In this document: piece after piece, positions 29,748 to 40,577 of the stretch
How positions within the stretch are numbered: the first letter of the stretch is position 1
Layout: each line of letters begins with the position of its first letter
Source of the DNA: an uncultured Bdellovibrionales bacterium
GTDB lineage: Bacteria; Patescibacteriota; Minisyncoccia; Moranbacterales; DUUL01
Reading direction: 5' to 3'
DNA length: 64,000 nucleotides
NCBI GenBank assembly: GCA_964458715.1
Contig: CAYWJP010000001.1
Span: 2,022 to 66,021 of the forward strand
Made by a program: the position numbers and the translations under genes
Notes under the pieces: generated by a model
Databases searched by the model: none
Told to the model about the DNA's origin: nothing
The model's input: only the letters and a program-made list of their open reading frames with translations

Positions 29748-31835
29748 TTAAACTTCTCCGTCCTTAATTTTCTGAGCAACACTAATTGGCACTTCCGAAT
29801 AATGATCAAATTCCATTGAATAATTAGCTCTTCCTTGAGTCATAGATCTTAACTGGGTGGAATATCCAAATAAAGAAGCTAACGGGACTTCAGCGTGAAT
29901 TATCTTATTTTTAATTCTCTCATCACCTTGATCTTCCATTTCTTTAATTTGCCCTCGTTTAGCGTTCAAATCTCCCACTACGTCTCCCATAAACTCTTCT
30001 GGAGTGATTACTTCAACTTTCATAATTGGTTCCAAAATCACAGGACCGGCATTCCGACAACCCTCCTTAAAAGCCATTGAACTAGCAATTTTAAAGGCCC
30101 CTTCAGATGAATCTACATCGTGAAAAGAACCATCGAAAACCGTGACCACAATATCAACCATTGGATAACCAGCCTGAACCCCTTTAGCTATAGCTCCTTC
30201 AACTCCTTTTTTAATAGCCGGAATATACTCGCTAGGAATAACCCCACCCTTAATTTCATTCTTAAATTCAAAACCAGCACCTTCTTCGGCAGGTTCAACT
30301 TTCAACCAACAATGACCATATTGACCTCGACCACCAGATTGTCTGATGTATTTCCCCTCGGCTTCGGCTGGTTTTCGAATAGTCTCTCGATAAGCTACTT
30401 GAGGTTGACCAATATTAGCTTCAACTTTAAATTCTCTACGCATCCGATCCACAATAATATCAAGATGTAATTCACCCATTCCGGAAATAATAGTCTGTGA
30501 AGTTTCTTCATCGGTCCGAACTGTAAAAGTCGGATCTTCTTCAGCCAATTTCTTCAAAGCAATCGCCATTTTTTCTTGATCAACTTTAGTTTTTGGTTCA
30601 ATCGAAATAGAGATAACTGTCTCAGGAAATTTAATATTTTCTAAAACAATTTGCTCTTTCTCATCACAAAGAGTATCGCCAGTAGTAGTATCTTTCATTC
30701 CTACTAAAGCTCCGATTCCGCCTGCGTAAATTTCTTCGATTTCTTCTCTATTATTAGCATGCATTTGAAGAATTCGTCCAATTCGTTCTTTCTTGCCTTT
30801 AGTAGAATTATGAACATAAGAACCGGCTTTTAATGTTCCAGAATAAACCCGGAAAAAAACTAATTGACCCACATAAGGATCAGTAGCCACCTTAAAGGCC
30901 AAAGCCGAGAAAGGTTCATCATCCAAAGCTTTTCGAGTAACTTTAACTTCTTCATTATCTACTTCGCAACCTTCTACATCAGAGATATCAGCTGGCGAAG
31001 GAAGGTAATCAACTACCGCATCTAAAACTTTCTGAACTCCTTTATTTTGAAGAGCGGTTCCAGTTAGAACTGGTTGAATTTCTCCAGTAATAGTTCCTTT
31101 TCGAAGAGCCCTTTTAATTTGTTCGTTAGTAACTTCCCCGCCTTCTAAATAAACCTCCAATAATTCATCATCTAATTCGGCTACTCTTTCAATCATTTTG
31201 TCTCTCCACTCTTGAGCTTTTTCTTTTAATTCTTCTGGAATTTCTTTTTCTTCTACCACTTCTCCCATATCGCCAGAAAAAATGTAAGCTTTCATTGTAA
31301 TTAAATCAATAATGCCTTGATGTTCGCCTTCTTCTCCGATTGGCAATTGAATCGCCACTGCATTCGAAGATAATCGAACATGAATAGACTCTAATGATCT
31401 TTCAAAACTAGCCCCATCTTTATCAATTTTATTAATAAAGCAGATTCTAGGCACTTTATATTTGTCTGCTTGTCGCCAAACAGTTTCAGATTGAGGCTCT
31501 ACTCCTTCTTTTCCATCAAAAATAACTACTCCACCGTCTAAGACTCGCAAAGCACGTTCTACTTCTACTGTAAAATCAACATGTCCTGGAGTATCAATAA
31601 TATTAATTTGATTTTCCTTCCAAAAGCAAGTAGTTGCAGCAGAAGTAATCGTAATTCCTCGTTCTCGTTCTTGCTCCATCCAATCCATAACAGCAGCTCC
31701 CTCATGAACTTCTCCGATTTTGTGAGAAATTCCAGTATAAAATAAAACTCTCTCAGTAACAGTAGTTTTACCAGCATCAATGTGAGCAATTATTCCAATG
31801 TTTCTATTTTTTTCAATAGGATATTTCCTAGCCAT
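29748..31835 (-). CDS. fusA: Elongation factor G
   Basis: [30 protein letters not shown]. Confidence 0.99.
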   Translation of the reverse strand: MARKYPIEKNRNIGIIAHIDAGKTTVTERVLFYTGISHKIGEVHEGAAVMDWMEQERERGITITSAATTCFWKENQINIIDTPGHVDFTVEVERALRVLDGGVVIFDGKEGVEPQSETVWRQADKYKVPRICFINKIDKDGASFERSLESIHVRLSSNAVAIQLPIGEEGEHQGIIDLITMKAYIFSGDMGEVVEEKEIPEELKEKAQEWRDKMIERVAELDDELLEVYLEGGEVTNEQIKRALRKGTITGEIQPVLTGTALQNKGVQKVLDAVVDYLPSPADISDVEGCEVDNEEVKVTRKALDDEPFSALAFKVATDPYVGQLVFFRVYSGTLKAGSYVHNSTKGKKERIGRILQMHANNREEIEEIYAGGIGALVGMKDTTTGDTLCDEKEQIVLENIKFPETVISISIEPKTKVDQEKMAIALKKLAEEDPTFTVRTDEETSQTIISGMGELHLDIIVDRMRREFKVEANIGQPQVAYRETIRKPAEAEGKYIRQSGGRGQYGHCWLKVEPAEEGAGFEFKNEIKGGVIPSEYIPAIKKGVEGAIAKGVQAGYPMVDIVVTVFDGSFHDVDSSEGAFKIASSMAFKEGCRNAGPVILEPIMKVEVITPEEFMGDVVGDLNAKRGQIKEMEDQGDERIKNKIIHAEVPLASLFGYSTQLRSMTQGRANYSMEFDHYSEVPISVAQKIKDGEV

Positions 31836-31971
31836 ATACTTAAAATTATATTTTATATACTTATATATTTTTTATAATGTAACTCATCTACCGATAGAAC
31901 CTGAATAAATTTAAAAAATTAAACAAAGCTTTTTATTTAGATCGTCTTTTAAATTAACCTCTTGAAAGCAA

Positions 31972-32095
31972 CAGAAATTAAATGTTTGAGTGCAGTTCGA
32001 GGCAAATTTTCAATTGCGTATGAGATGTGCTGAAATGGCACGTTGAAAAGCAACTGAAAATTTAACAAAGAAATGTACCAAACATTTAATTTCTG
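31972..32095 (+). repeat. Long-hairpin element copy D (between rpsG and fusA)
   Basis: Perfect 17-bp outer stem cagaaattaaatgtttg/caaacatttaatttctg; a-gtgca-g-ttc-gagg...aacaaa-gaa-a-tgtac. Confidence 0.9.
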
Positions 32096-32099
32096 ACAT

Positions 32100-32567
32100 T
32101 TAGGCGAAGTGGGCAAAAGCTTTATTGGCCTCAGCCATTCGATGTGTATCTTCTCGTTTTTTCATAGCTGCTCCTTTTTTCTCAGCCGCATCCATCAATT
32201 CATCAGCTAATCGAATTGCCATTTTTTTTCCTTTTTTATTTTTGATAGAATCTTTAATCCAACGCATAGCTAAAGTAGTTCTTTTAATGCCAATAACCGG
32301 AACTGGAACCTGGTAATTAGCGCCACCGATTCTTCGTCCTTTTAATTCCATCAAAGGAGAAACATTTTTAATAGCTTGTTCAAAAACATTTAAACCGCCC
32401 CGATTAGTTCTTTTATGAATTTCATCAAAAGCATCATAAATGATTTTTTCAGCAACCGTTCTTTTTCCTTTTACTAATAAGTGGCCCACGAATCGACCTA
32501 CTAAAAGTGAATCATAAACAGAATCTGGCAGCCAATTTTTTTTGTAAATTTTATTCTTTCTGGACAT
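32100..32567 (-). CDS. rpsG: 30S ribosomal protein S7 (start ATG 32567)
   Basis: RRIGGANYQVP, HRMAEANKAFAHF. Confidence 0.97.
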   Translation of the reverse strand: MSRKNKIYKKNWLPDSVYDSLLVGRFVGHLLVKGKRTVAEKIIYDAFDEIHKRTNRGGLNVFEQAIKNVSPLMELKGRRIGGANYQVPVPVIGIKRTTLAMRWIKDSIKNKKGKKMAIRLADELMDAAEKKGAAMKKREDTHRMAEANKAFAHFA

Positions 32568-32692
32568 GTTATTTAAATTTCTTAATATAATTTCTTGTTT
32601 ATAAATAAACACTCAACAACTAACATTCAACCTCCATTCAACTCTCAACTTCAAAACATTCAACTCCAGCAAAACTCATATTACGCAATACA

Positions 32693-32813
32693 GAAATTAA
32701 ATATTCGAGTGCAGTTCGAGGCGAAATTAAAAATTTTATTGAGACGCACTAAATTGGTGCGGCGAAATAGAATTTTTGATTTCAACAAAGAAATGTACCG
32801 AATAGTTAATTTT
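32693..32813 (+). repeat. Long-hairpin element copy E (between rpsL and rpsG)
   Basis: gaaattaaatattcg-a-gtgca-g-ttc-gagg...aacaaa-gaa-a-tgtac-cgaatagttaatttt. Confidence 0.88.
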
Positions 32814-32817
32814 AAAC

Positions 32818-33234
32818 CTATTGTTTTTTAGGACGTTTAGTTCCATACCTAGATCTACTCTTAATTCGATTTTCAACACCAGCCGCATCCAAAACACCCC
32901 GAACTACTTGGTATCGAACACCAGGAAGATCTGGAGTACGACCACCTCTGATTACTACAATTGAATGTTCTTGCAAATTGTGCCCAACTCCTGGAATATA
33001 AGCAGTAACTTCCTTTCCGTTAGTAAGTCTAACTCTAGCAATCTTCCGAAGAGCAGAGTTTGGTTTTTTAGGACTAGTTGTACCAATTTTTATACACACC
33101 CCTCGCTTAAAGCAAGACGGATAATAAACTGGTTTATTCTTGATAGAATTAAAACCAAAATCCAAAGCAGTGGTTTTAGATTTTTTGACTACTTTTTTTC
33201 TGGGATTTTTAATAAGCTGGTTAATGGTCGGCAC
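32818..33234 (-). CDS. rpsL: 30S ribosomal protein S12 (GTG start)
   Basis: [29 protein letters not shown]. Confidence 0.98.
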   Translation of the reverse strand: MPTINQLIKNPRKKVVKKSKTTALDFGFNSIKNKPVYYPSCFKRGVCIKIGTTSPKKPNSALRKIARVRLTNGKEVTAYIPGVGHNLQEHSIVVIRGGRTPDLPGVRYQVVRGVLDAAGVENRIKSRSRYGTKRPKKQ

Positions 33235-33345
33235 GTTTTTTTTAAAATTAATGGTTTATAAATTTATAATCCTCAAAATTTTAGACAATTACTAACAAAA
33301 AGCCAAACAAAACAATATTGTCTAGCGACATATTAACTTTTTTTA

Positions 33346-33374
33346 ATTCTACACAAAGAGAAGCGCTGTGTCAA
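33346..33374 (-). promoter_or_regulatory. Sigma70 promoter of the rpsL operon
   Basis: TTGACA (33374-33369), 17-bp spacer, TAGAAT (33351-33346). Confidence 0.7.
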
Positions 33375-33554
33375 TACCTCTCCTAGAAATTATCTAGGAT
33401 TTCGCATTTCTCTAAAATGCTTAAATTATAAACCTCGCTTACTCATTTCAATTCAGCGAAGCAGGTTGACCGACAGAAAAAAACGAGTTGAAAGTCAAAA
33501 TGTATTGAAATATTCTAAAACTGAAACAAATTTTTATAAGACAATTTTTTGTCT

Positions 33555-34787
33555 TTATTTTCCCATTTTTTTTCTAATAAAAGCTGGGATCTCAATATCT
33601 TCGTCCATATCGTCTAATGGACTTTCGTCTTCTTTAAACAATTTAGAATCAAATTTGTCCTCTTTCTTTTTAAAATTATTTTCACTTCCGAAGTCATTCT
33701 TTGAATCAATTTCAGCTTCTACATCGTCCTCTAGAAAAGAAGATATCTCATTTTCTTTGAAGCTATTTTCTTCTTCAGAATCGCTCTCTTCTCCATCTGA
33801 ATTAAGAGCAAAATCTCCCTGTAAATCTCCGCTATTATCAAATCCAGTTGCTACGACGGTAATCTTGATTTCATCTTTTTTGATAGTTTCATCTGAAGTT
33901 GCTCCAAATATTATTCTAGCATTAGAATCAATATTTTCAGTGATAATTCCAGCAGCTTCATTAATCTCCATCATAGTTAAATCTAATCCACCAGTAATAT
34001 TAAATAAGATACCCTTGGCACCATCAATTGAAATATCCAAAAGAGGTGATTTAATGGCTTGTTTGGCTGCTTTTTGAGCTCGATCTTCTCCTGAAGCTAC
34101 TCCCACTCCCATCAAAGCTGAACCGCTATCTTGAATAACAGATTTAATATCAGCAAAATCAACATTGATAATTCCTGGCTTAGTAATTAAATCAGAAATA
34201 CCTTGTACGCCTTGTCTTAAAACATCATCAACAATTTTAAAAGCATTTAAAAGCGATGTTTGTCTATCTACAATTTGTAAAAGTTTATCATTTTGAACAG
34301 TAATTGAGGTATCTACTCGATCTCTAAGATTTTCCAAAGATTCTTCGGCAATGGCCATTCGTTGTTTTCCTTCAAAAGAAAAAGGTTTAGTGGCAACACC
34401 AACAGTTAAAGCTCCTGCTTCCCTAGCCGCTTCAGCCACCACTGGTCCAGCTCCCGATCCAGTCCCTCCTCCAGCTCCATAAACCACGAAAACCATATCG
34501 CAACCCTTAAAAGCTTCTTGAATTTCATCTCGATTTTCTTCAGCAGCTTGACGTCCCAATTCAGGATTCATTCCCGCTCCTAAACCTCGAGTTAAATTTT
34601 TTCCGATATGAATCTTTTCTCCAGCCGCACAAGCATGCAAATCTTGAGCATCGGTATTGATTGCAACAAAATCAACTCCGGTCAATTTACAATCAATCAT
34701 CCGGGTAATAGCATTGCCTCCAGAGCCACCAACTCCTGCAACTTTTATTTTTGCAAATGTTTCTACTTCCGGTTTTACTTCTGCCAT
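33555..34787 (-). CDS. ftsZ: Cell division protein FtsZ
   Basis: GAGGGTGSG, INVDFAD, C-terminal IEIPAFIR. Confidence 0.98.
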   Translation of the reverse strand: MAEVKPEVETFAKIKVAGVGGSGGNAITRMIDCKLTGVDFVAINTDAQDLHACAAGEKIHIGKNLTRGLGAGMNPELGRQAAEENRDEIQEAFKGCDMVFVVYGAGGGTGSGAGPVVAEAAREAGALTVGVATKPFSFEGKQRMAIAEESLENLRDRVDTSITVQNDKLLQIVDRQTSLLNAFKIVDDVLRQGVQGISDLITKPGIINVDFADIKSVIQDSGSALMGVGVASGEDRAQKAAKQAIKSPLLDISIDGAKGILFNITGGLDLTMMEINEAAGIITENIDSNARIIFGATSDETIKKDEIKITVVATGFDNSGDLQGDFALNSDGEESDSEEENSFKENEISSFLEDDVEAEIDSKNDFGSENNFKKKEDKFDSKLFKEDESPLDDMDEDIEIPAFIRKKMGK

Positions 34788-34878
34788 TTGTATTTAAATT
34801 ACGTTTAATAAAAAAGACGTTATGTAATTCTATCAAGTTTTTAAAAAAAGTCAAATGTTAAATCTTTTTTTATCAAAA

Positions 34879-36132
34879 TTAGCTTCCTGGCAATAAATCT
34901 TTTAGCCATTTTTTAGCAATATTAAGTATTTCTATATATTTTTTTTGACTATTTTTGACTAAATAGGAAGAATTAATTGGTTGATCTTCCTCTTCCATTA
35001 TCCATAAAATCGCCCCTGCAGAAACAGAACAAGAAGGATCATCAACTTTATCAACCAATCCTGATAATCCGTTAGGAAAGCCAACTTGAGCAGGAAGTTT
35101 TAGATTTTCTTTAGCCAAATCAACCATTCCGTAAAGACAAGATCCGCCGCCAGTCAAGACTGCTCCAGCTGGTAACAAGGCCGATCGATTTATTTTATTA
35201 AGTTCTTTTTCAACTAATTGAAAAATTTCTTCAACTCGAGCTTCAATAATTTCCGCCACATGATGACGAGAAATAACGCCCTCTTCATCCGAACAAATAT
35301 TAGCTAAATTAATTTTTTCTTTTTTATCAATTTCTCCTGGAATGGCTGAGCCATATTTCAGTTTGGCTTTTTCAGCTACATCGATAGCTGTTCTCATTCC
35401 AATGGCGACATCATTGGTAATATGATTAGCGCCAATTGGTAATACTGATAAATAAACTAATTCTCTTTCTTCGAAAACTGCAATTGAGGTGGTTTCCCCT
35501 CCAATATCGATTGAAACAACCCCGAGTTCTCTTTGTCTTTTATTAAGAACTGCCTTAGAAGAAGCCAAGGGAGCCGCCACAAAACCGTTAAAATCAAGAT
35601 TAGCTCGATTAATACATTGAGCAATATTTCGAAGATAAGGAGTGAAACCAGCAATTACCACGCCTCTCATTTCCAATCTAACTCCGGTCATTCCCACTGG
35701 TTCCCGAATTCCTTTTTGATCATCTAGAGAAAAACTTTGAGGGATAGTGTGTAAAATTTCATAATTGTGATCAACGTTAATAGCCTGACTAGAATCTATA
35801 ACTCTCTCCACATCATCTTCGGTCACCTCACCATCAGCTTTACTAACTCCGATCACTCCTTTAGTGGGAATACATCTCAAATGACTGCCACCAACTGCTA
35901 CATAAACATCATCAACCTTAACGCCTGACATTCTTTCGGCTTTCTCTACTGAAAACTGAACTGATTTAGTTACATCTTCAAGATCGATTATAACACCCTT
36001 TCTCATTCCAGAAGATTCAGTTTTTCCAACCCCAACAACCCTAGGTTTTTCACCTGGAATTATTTCAGCAACTACAACTCTGACAAATGAAGAGCCAATG
36101 TCTAAAACTGTTATGTATTTTTGTTTAACCAT
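34879..36132 (-). CDS. ftsA: Cell division protein FtsA
   Basis: LDIGSS, GMRKG, IDIGGETT, ITNDVA, VLTGGG. Confidence 0.96.
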   Translation of the reverse strand: MVKQKYITVLDIGSSFVRVVVAEIIPGEKPRVVGVGKTESSGMRKGVIIDLEDVTKSVQFSVEKAERMSGVKVDDVYVAVGGSHLRCIPTKGVIGVSKADGEVTEDDVERVIDSSQAINVDHNYEILHTIPQSFSLDDQKGIREPVGMTGVRLEMRGVVIAGFTPYLRNIAQCINRANLDFNGFVAAPLASSKAVLNKRQRELGVVSIDIGGETTSIAVFEERELVYLSVLPIGANHITNDVAIGMRTAIDVAEKAKLKYGSAIPGEIDKKEKINLANICSDEEGVISRHHVAEIIEARVEEIFQLVEKELNKINRSALLPAGAVLTGGGSCLYGMVDLAKENLKLPAQVGFPNGLSGLVDKVDDPSCSVSAGAILWIMEEEDQPINSSYLVKNSQKKYIEILNIAKKWLKDLLPGS

Positions 36133-36243
36133 TTTCTATAAAAAAATATAAACCAAAACTGACTTAATCGAGAATATCTCAATTTGTAGTTTCTCAATCT
36201 AAGTGTAGAACACTTTTGACAAATTCGGAACACTTCCATTAAA

Positions 36244-36624
36244 TTAATTCACTAAGCAATTGCCGTCACCTGAGACACTGCAATCTATTCTAAAAGTAGG
36301 ACTCGCGCTAGTACCACCGCACCAAGCGCTTAAAGTTCCAGTACTTGGATTAGTAGTGTAATAACTGCAGTCTCCCAATCCAGGATAATTGATAGCGCCA
36401 CAAAGGAGTCCTTCTCCTGTAGCAGTTGGTGCAGTAATAGATGCTCCAGTGATAAAACACTCTACCGCATAAGGCAAAACAGCATTCATAGACTCTAAAG
36501 CCCTTGCAGTCCTTGCTTTCTCCCTTTGACCAGAAACGCCCACTAAAATAGTTCCAGCTAAAATTCCAATAATAGCCATGACTAAAAGTAACTCAATTAA
36601 AGTAAATCCTTTTTGTTTCTCCAT
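36244..36624 (-). CDS. Type IV pilin-like protein
   Basis: KGFTLIELLLVMAIIGILA prepilin motif; six Cys in the mature part. Confidence 0.9.
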   Translation of the reverse strand: MEKQKGFTLIELLLVMAIIGILAGTILVGVSGQREKARTARALESMNAVLPYAVECFITGASITAPTATGEGLLCGAINYPGLGDCSYYTTNPSTGTLSAWCGGTSASPTFRIDCSVSGDGNCLVN

Positions 36625-36791
36625 TGTTTTTTTTATTTTTAAGATACTCTTTATTATATTATATTCTGTTTATTTTATAATACTACTTTTTAATAAATTT
36701 TGCAAAATATATTTTCGAAAGATTGTTTGAAAAGATCTTTTCTATCATAATTTTACATTTAATGAAAAAATTATGGTCAGAAAAAATCTTA

Positions 36792-38027
36792 TTAAATTCT
36801 CAAAACCTTCACTATTTCTTCTAGTTTTATTCCCCTAGAACCTTTAATTAATATTAAATCACCTGGTTGAATTAATTCTTTTATTAAATCTCTGGCTTCT
36901 AGCGAATTTCCAAAAACCATCACATTTTCTTGATTCTCGGAATTTTTTAAATAAGATTGAACTGCTTCTTCCATTTGATGCCCAATCGCAATAAAATAAT
37001 CTGGCCGAATTTGAGCAACTTTTTTTCCGATAAGTTTATGACTTTTTATTTCTTCCTCTCCTAGCTCCAACATGTCTCCTAAAATCAAAATCTTGCGAAC
37101 CGCTTTAACTTCTGTAACTAAATCCAAGGCTAAATTTAAACTAGCTGGAGCACTATTGTAAGTGTCATCAATGATTACTGAATTATTAATTCCTTTGGTT
37201 AAGCTCATCCGACCAGAACAAGATTTAAAATCTTTTAAAGTTTCAATCATTTCGATCAAATTCAAGTCAAAATATCTGCCTACTGCTAAAGCGGCCAAAA
37301 TTGAATAAACGCTTCCCTTTCCCACACAACTCTTTAAACGAACTGGCAAAACCTTATCTTGATAATTTAATTTGAAATTAAGACCATCAATTTTTTGAAT
37401 ATTTTCACTTATTTCTATTTTAGAAATAATATCTGTAGCTCTCATCTCCGCTTCGTTTTCCAGACCATAGCTAATAATATTTACAGAAAGTTTTTCTCCG
37501 ATATTCCGAATTGTTTTATTATCCCAATTGCAAATTGCTATTCCTTTTTCAAGAATACTTCTTAATAAATGTCCTTTCTCTGTCGCTAAAGCTTGCTTAG
37601 TTTTAAAATTTTCCAAATGAGAAATTCCAATATTAGTTAAAACCCCGACTGTTATTGGAATAAAATCACAAAAATATTTTATATCGCCCGGTTTATCAGC
37701 TCCCATCTCTAAAACTAAAATTTCTGGATAATTCTTATCAAAAAACAAAGCTTTAATCCAAAAATAAAGAACTCCCCAAACTTGTAGAATTTTATTTCTA
37801 CTATAATCCACTCGACAACCTAAAATAGTCAAAGCTACTCCAATTTCATTATTGTAATTTTTGGCGCTACTTCGAACTTTAAAATTAGAACTTAAGACCT
37901 TGTTAATAGCCTCTTTGGTGGTTGTTTTTCCGACACTTCCCGTAATAGCAATCACAATTGGATTTTGTTTTTTTAAAACCCCTTTAGCCATTAGCTTTAA
38001 GATGATTTGGATAATGCTAGCTTTCAT
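36792..38027 (-). CDS. murF: MurF ligase
   Basis: ITGSVGKTTTK, NNEIG, DDTYNSAP, LGDMLELG, KGSRG. Confidence 0.93.
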   Translation of the reverse strand: MKASIIQIILKLMAKGVLKKQNPIVIAITGSVGKTTTKEAINKVLSSNFKVRSSAKNYNNEIGVALTILGCRVDYSRNKILQVWGVLYFWIKALFFDKNYPEILVLEMGADKPGDIKYFCDFIPITVGVLTNIGISHLENFKTKQALATEKGHLLRSILEKGIAICNWDNKTIRNIGEKLSVNIISYGLENEAEMRATDIISKIEISENIQKIDGLNFKLNYQDKVLPVRLKSCVGKGSVYSILAALAVGRYFDLNLIEMIETLKDFKSCSGRMSLTKGINNSVIIDDTYNSAPASLNLALDLVTEVKAVRKILILGDMLELGEEEIKSHKLIGKKVAQIRPDYFIAIGHQMEEAVQSYLKNSENQENVMVFGNSLEARDLIKELIQPGDLILIKGSRGIKLEEIVKVLRI

Positions 38028-38048
38028 AATTTTAATTAAACTTAAATA

Positions 38049-39914
38049 TTAATCATTACTTTCATCTTTTTTTGGCTCTTTACTATTTTCTTCCTCAGAA
38101 ACAAGATTTAAATAATCATGAGATTTATTAAATTTTTCTAATTGCTCTTTAGTATATTCCTCAGTCGGCTTGATCCCATAATGTTCAAACAAGAATTTTG
38201 CCATCTCCCCAAAAACTGGACCAGCCGTGCTTTCTGCCCACTCAACATCTTTAGGATTATCGATTATCACTAACATGGCAAATTTAGCATTATCTACCGG
38301 TCCAAAGCCAGCAAAAGAACCAACGGTTGCACCCTCAACATAGCCTCCTTTTTCTTTATCTGAAATTTGAGCCGTTCCAGTTTTTCCTGCTACTCGATAG
38401 CCCGGAACTCCAGCCAATTTACCATGCCCATTAACAACATTACTTTCTAACATCAAATCAATTTTATTGGAAGTATCTCTGGAAATAACTTTTCTCACTA
38501 CCTCCCTTTCAATTTCCCTTTTTTGTCCGTTAGAATCAATTCTAGCTTGAATGATTTTAGGCTTAACTAATTCCCCCCCGTTAGCTAAAGCCGCATAAGC
38601 AGTAGCTAATTGAAGAGGAGTAACTGATATCCCTTGCCCAAAAGAAGCCGTATAATATTCAATATCTCGATTGGTTTTTAGATTAGAAATATTTCCATTC
38701 ATTTCACCAAATAATCCAATTCCCGTTTTCTTTCCAAATCCAAACTTCTCAACATATTCTAAAAATTTATTATTGCCTAATTTTTTTTCAATATGAATAA
38801 CTCCAGTATTAATAGATTTTTCTATTATTTCGGTCATAGTTTGTTTACCATAAACTTTTTCTTCCGAGTTTTTAATGGTATAACCAGAAATTTCAACCGA
38901 ACCCGTATCAATATAGGTGTCATTGACTTCAATAACTCCAGCGTCCAAACCAGCCGCCATTGTAAAAGCTTTAAAAACTGATCCACATTCATAAACATTA
39001 GCTAAATTTGAGTTCATATAAACACTGGCATCTTCCACTTCCGAAAAACTATTCAGATCAAAAGTCGGCTCTTGAGCCATGGCCAAAATATCGCCAGAGT
39101 AAGGATCTATTATAATAATTCGACCTCCATCGGCATCGTGTTTCTTAATCGCATTTTTCAAAGTCAATTCTGCCTTAAATTGAATAGCATAATTAATTGA
39201 TAAAATTAAATCACTTCCATTTTGAGCTGGACTTAATAATCGCTCTCCAATTGAAATCCATCGTTTACCCGCATCTTTTTCTTGTTTTAGCCAACCTTTC
39301 TTCCCTAACAATAAATCATTATAAGATTTCTCAATTCCATATAAACCAACTCTTTCATTTTTTCCATTATAACCCTCAAATCCAATTACTTGAGATGCCA
39401 AAGAATTGTTAGGATAATAACGCCAACTTTCACTTTCTAGTTGAATTCCGTCATTATCTAATTCTTTTATTTTTTTAATTTCTTCTTCGGATATTTTTCT
39501 TTTTAAAGGCTCATAGACGTCATCCTTTTTTGATAATTTTAAAAAAACAATTTCCCGTTCCATCCCTAAAATTTCGCTCACTTTATAGGACAAAACTTCC
39601 ACATCATCATTTTTAATATTATCAGGCACTGCATAAACAGTAAACATATCTCTATTAGTAGCTACTGGCAATAAACCACTTCCTTCACTCAAAAAAATTC
39701 CGCCTCTTTTGGGCTCCAAAGTCGACAGAGAGAAGTGTTGATTATCGGCTTGGGCCTTATAAAGATCATAGCCTTTAATCTGTAAAACATATAATCTAAA
39801 AAAAACTACCCCAAATAAAAATAAAAGCAGGACGGAAAGAAAGTTTATCCTGTTTCTAAAAATCTTTTCTCGATTGTCGTTATCACTTTCTCTCGTTTTA
39901 CTATTATTTACCAT
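38049..39914 (-). CDS. ftsI: Class B penicillin-binding protein (FtsI/PBP2-like)
   Basis: SVFK, SIN and KTGT motifs; downstream of ftsL. Confidence 0.85.
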   Translation of the reverse strand: MVNNSKTRESDNDNREKIFRNRINFLSVLLLFLFGVVFFRLYVLQIKGYDLYKAQADNQHFSLSTLEPKRGGIFLSEGSGLLPVATNRDMFTVYAVPDNIKNDDVEVLSYKVSEILGMEREIVFLKLSKKDDVYEPLKRKISEEEIKKIKELDNDGIQLESESWRYYPNNSLASQVIGFEGYNGKNERVGLYGIEKSYNDLLLGKKGWLKQEKDAGKRWISIGERLLSPAQNGSDLILSINYAIQFKAELTLKNAIKKHDADGGRIIIIDPYSGDILAMAQEPTFDLNSFSEVEDASVYMNSNLANVYECGSVFKAFTMAAGLDAGVIEVNDTYIDTGSVEISGYTIKNSEEKVYGKQTMTEIIEKSINTGVIHIEKKLGNNKFLEYVEKFGFGKKTGIGLFGEMNGNISNLKTNRDIEYYTASFGQGISVTPLQLATAYAALANGGELVKPKIIQARIDSNGQKREIEREVVRKVISRDTSNKIDLMLESNVVNGHGKLAGVPGYRVAGKTGTAQISDKEKGGYVEGATVGSFAGFGPVDNAKFAMLVIIDNPKDVEWAESTAGPVFGEMAKFLFEHYGIKPTEEYTKEQLEKFNKSHDYLNLVSEEENSKEPKKDESND

Positions 39915-40012
39915 GATAATTGCCCGTTTAGGAATTTCTTTAAAATCATTCCAGGTTTTGAATTCGATCCATCTTTCCCCCTAGTAATACCGTTATATTG
40001 ATACTGTTCCTT

Positions 40013-40145
40013 AATTTCTAATTTTGAATTTTGAATGAATTTTTAATATCTGAATGTCTGAATTTTTAAAACTCCGTTTTAGTTTTAAAATTAAATCATT
40101 TGAAATTGAATCAAAATTCTAAATTCGAAATTCTAAATTTCTTAA
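40013..40145. repeat. Heptamer-periodic inverted repeat
   Basis: Shares gaatttttaaaactccRttttagttttaaaatt and aaattgaatcaaaattc with 42158-42280. Confidence 0.8.
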
Positions 40146-40146
40146 T

Positions 40147-40524
40147 TTATTCAGTCATCATCGCCATCTCATCGCTTTTTTCAATTTCGACAAAACTAAC
40201 CTGATCAGGGCTTACTAAATTTAATCTTTCTCTTTCATTTTCAAAATGATAACTAGATTTTAACTGAGCTATCTGAATTTCCAAAGACTCGTTTTTATCT
40301 CTTAATTCTTCTAATAATTGTTCTTTGCTGTTAATCTCCTGCCCCATAGTCGCTAATTGATTTATCTGAAAAATATAACCCAGACTAGAAACTACTACCA
40401 TCATAAACAAACTCGAAAATATTAATTTAAGATTAAAAATTTGCGAAATATTTCTGGACTTCTTGCTTTTAGACTGTTGAGTACTAAAAGTTTGGCAATT
40501 TTTAACTAATAGTGATTTACTCAT
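40147..40524 (-). CDS. FtsL-like cell division protein
   Basis: TM helix plus coiled coil; located between rsmH and the PBP gene. Confidence 0.7.
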   Translation of the reverse strand: MSKSLLVKNCQTFSTQQSKSKKSRNISQIFNLKLIFSSLFMMVVVSSLGYIFQINQLATMGQEINSKEQLLEELRDKNESLEIQIAQLKSSYHFENERERLNLVSPDQVSFVEIEKSDEMAMMTE

Positions 40525-40577
40525 TTTTTTGTTTTTTATTTTTATTTGTTTTTGACATAAATTCCTTTTTCTTTAAA

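Noticed and set aside
31972-32813. Copies D and E as S7-type ribosomal autoregulatory leaders or plain terminators
   Set aside because: The same motif follows non-ribosomal genes, has no U-tract, and copy C has its own separate terminator.
33466-34077. 203-aa + strand ORF, and similar shadow ORFs (1878-2351, 28610-28990, 30120-30470, 50645-50953)
   Set aside because: They are antisense to well-conserved genes (ftsZ, GT4, tuf, fusA, rmuC) and have no recognisable motifs.
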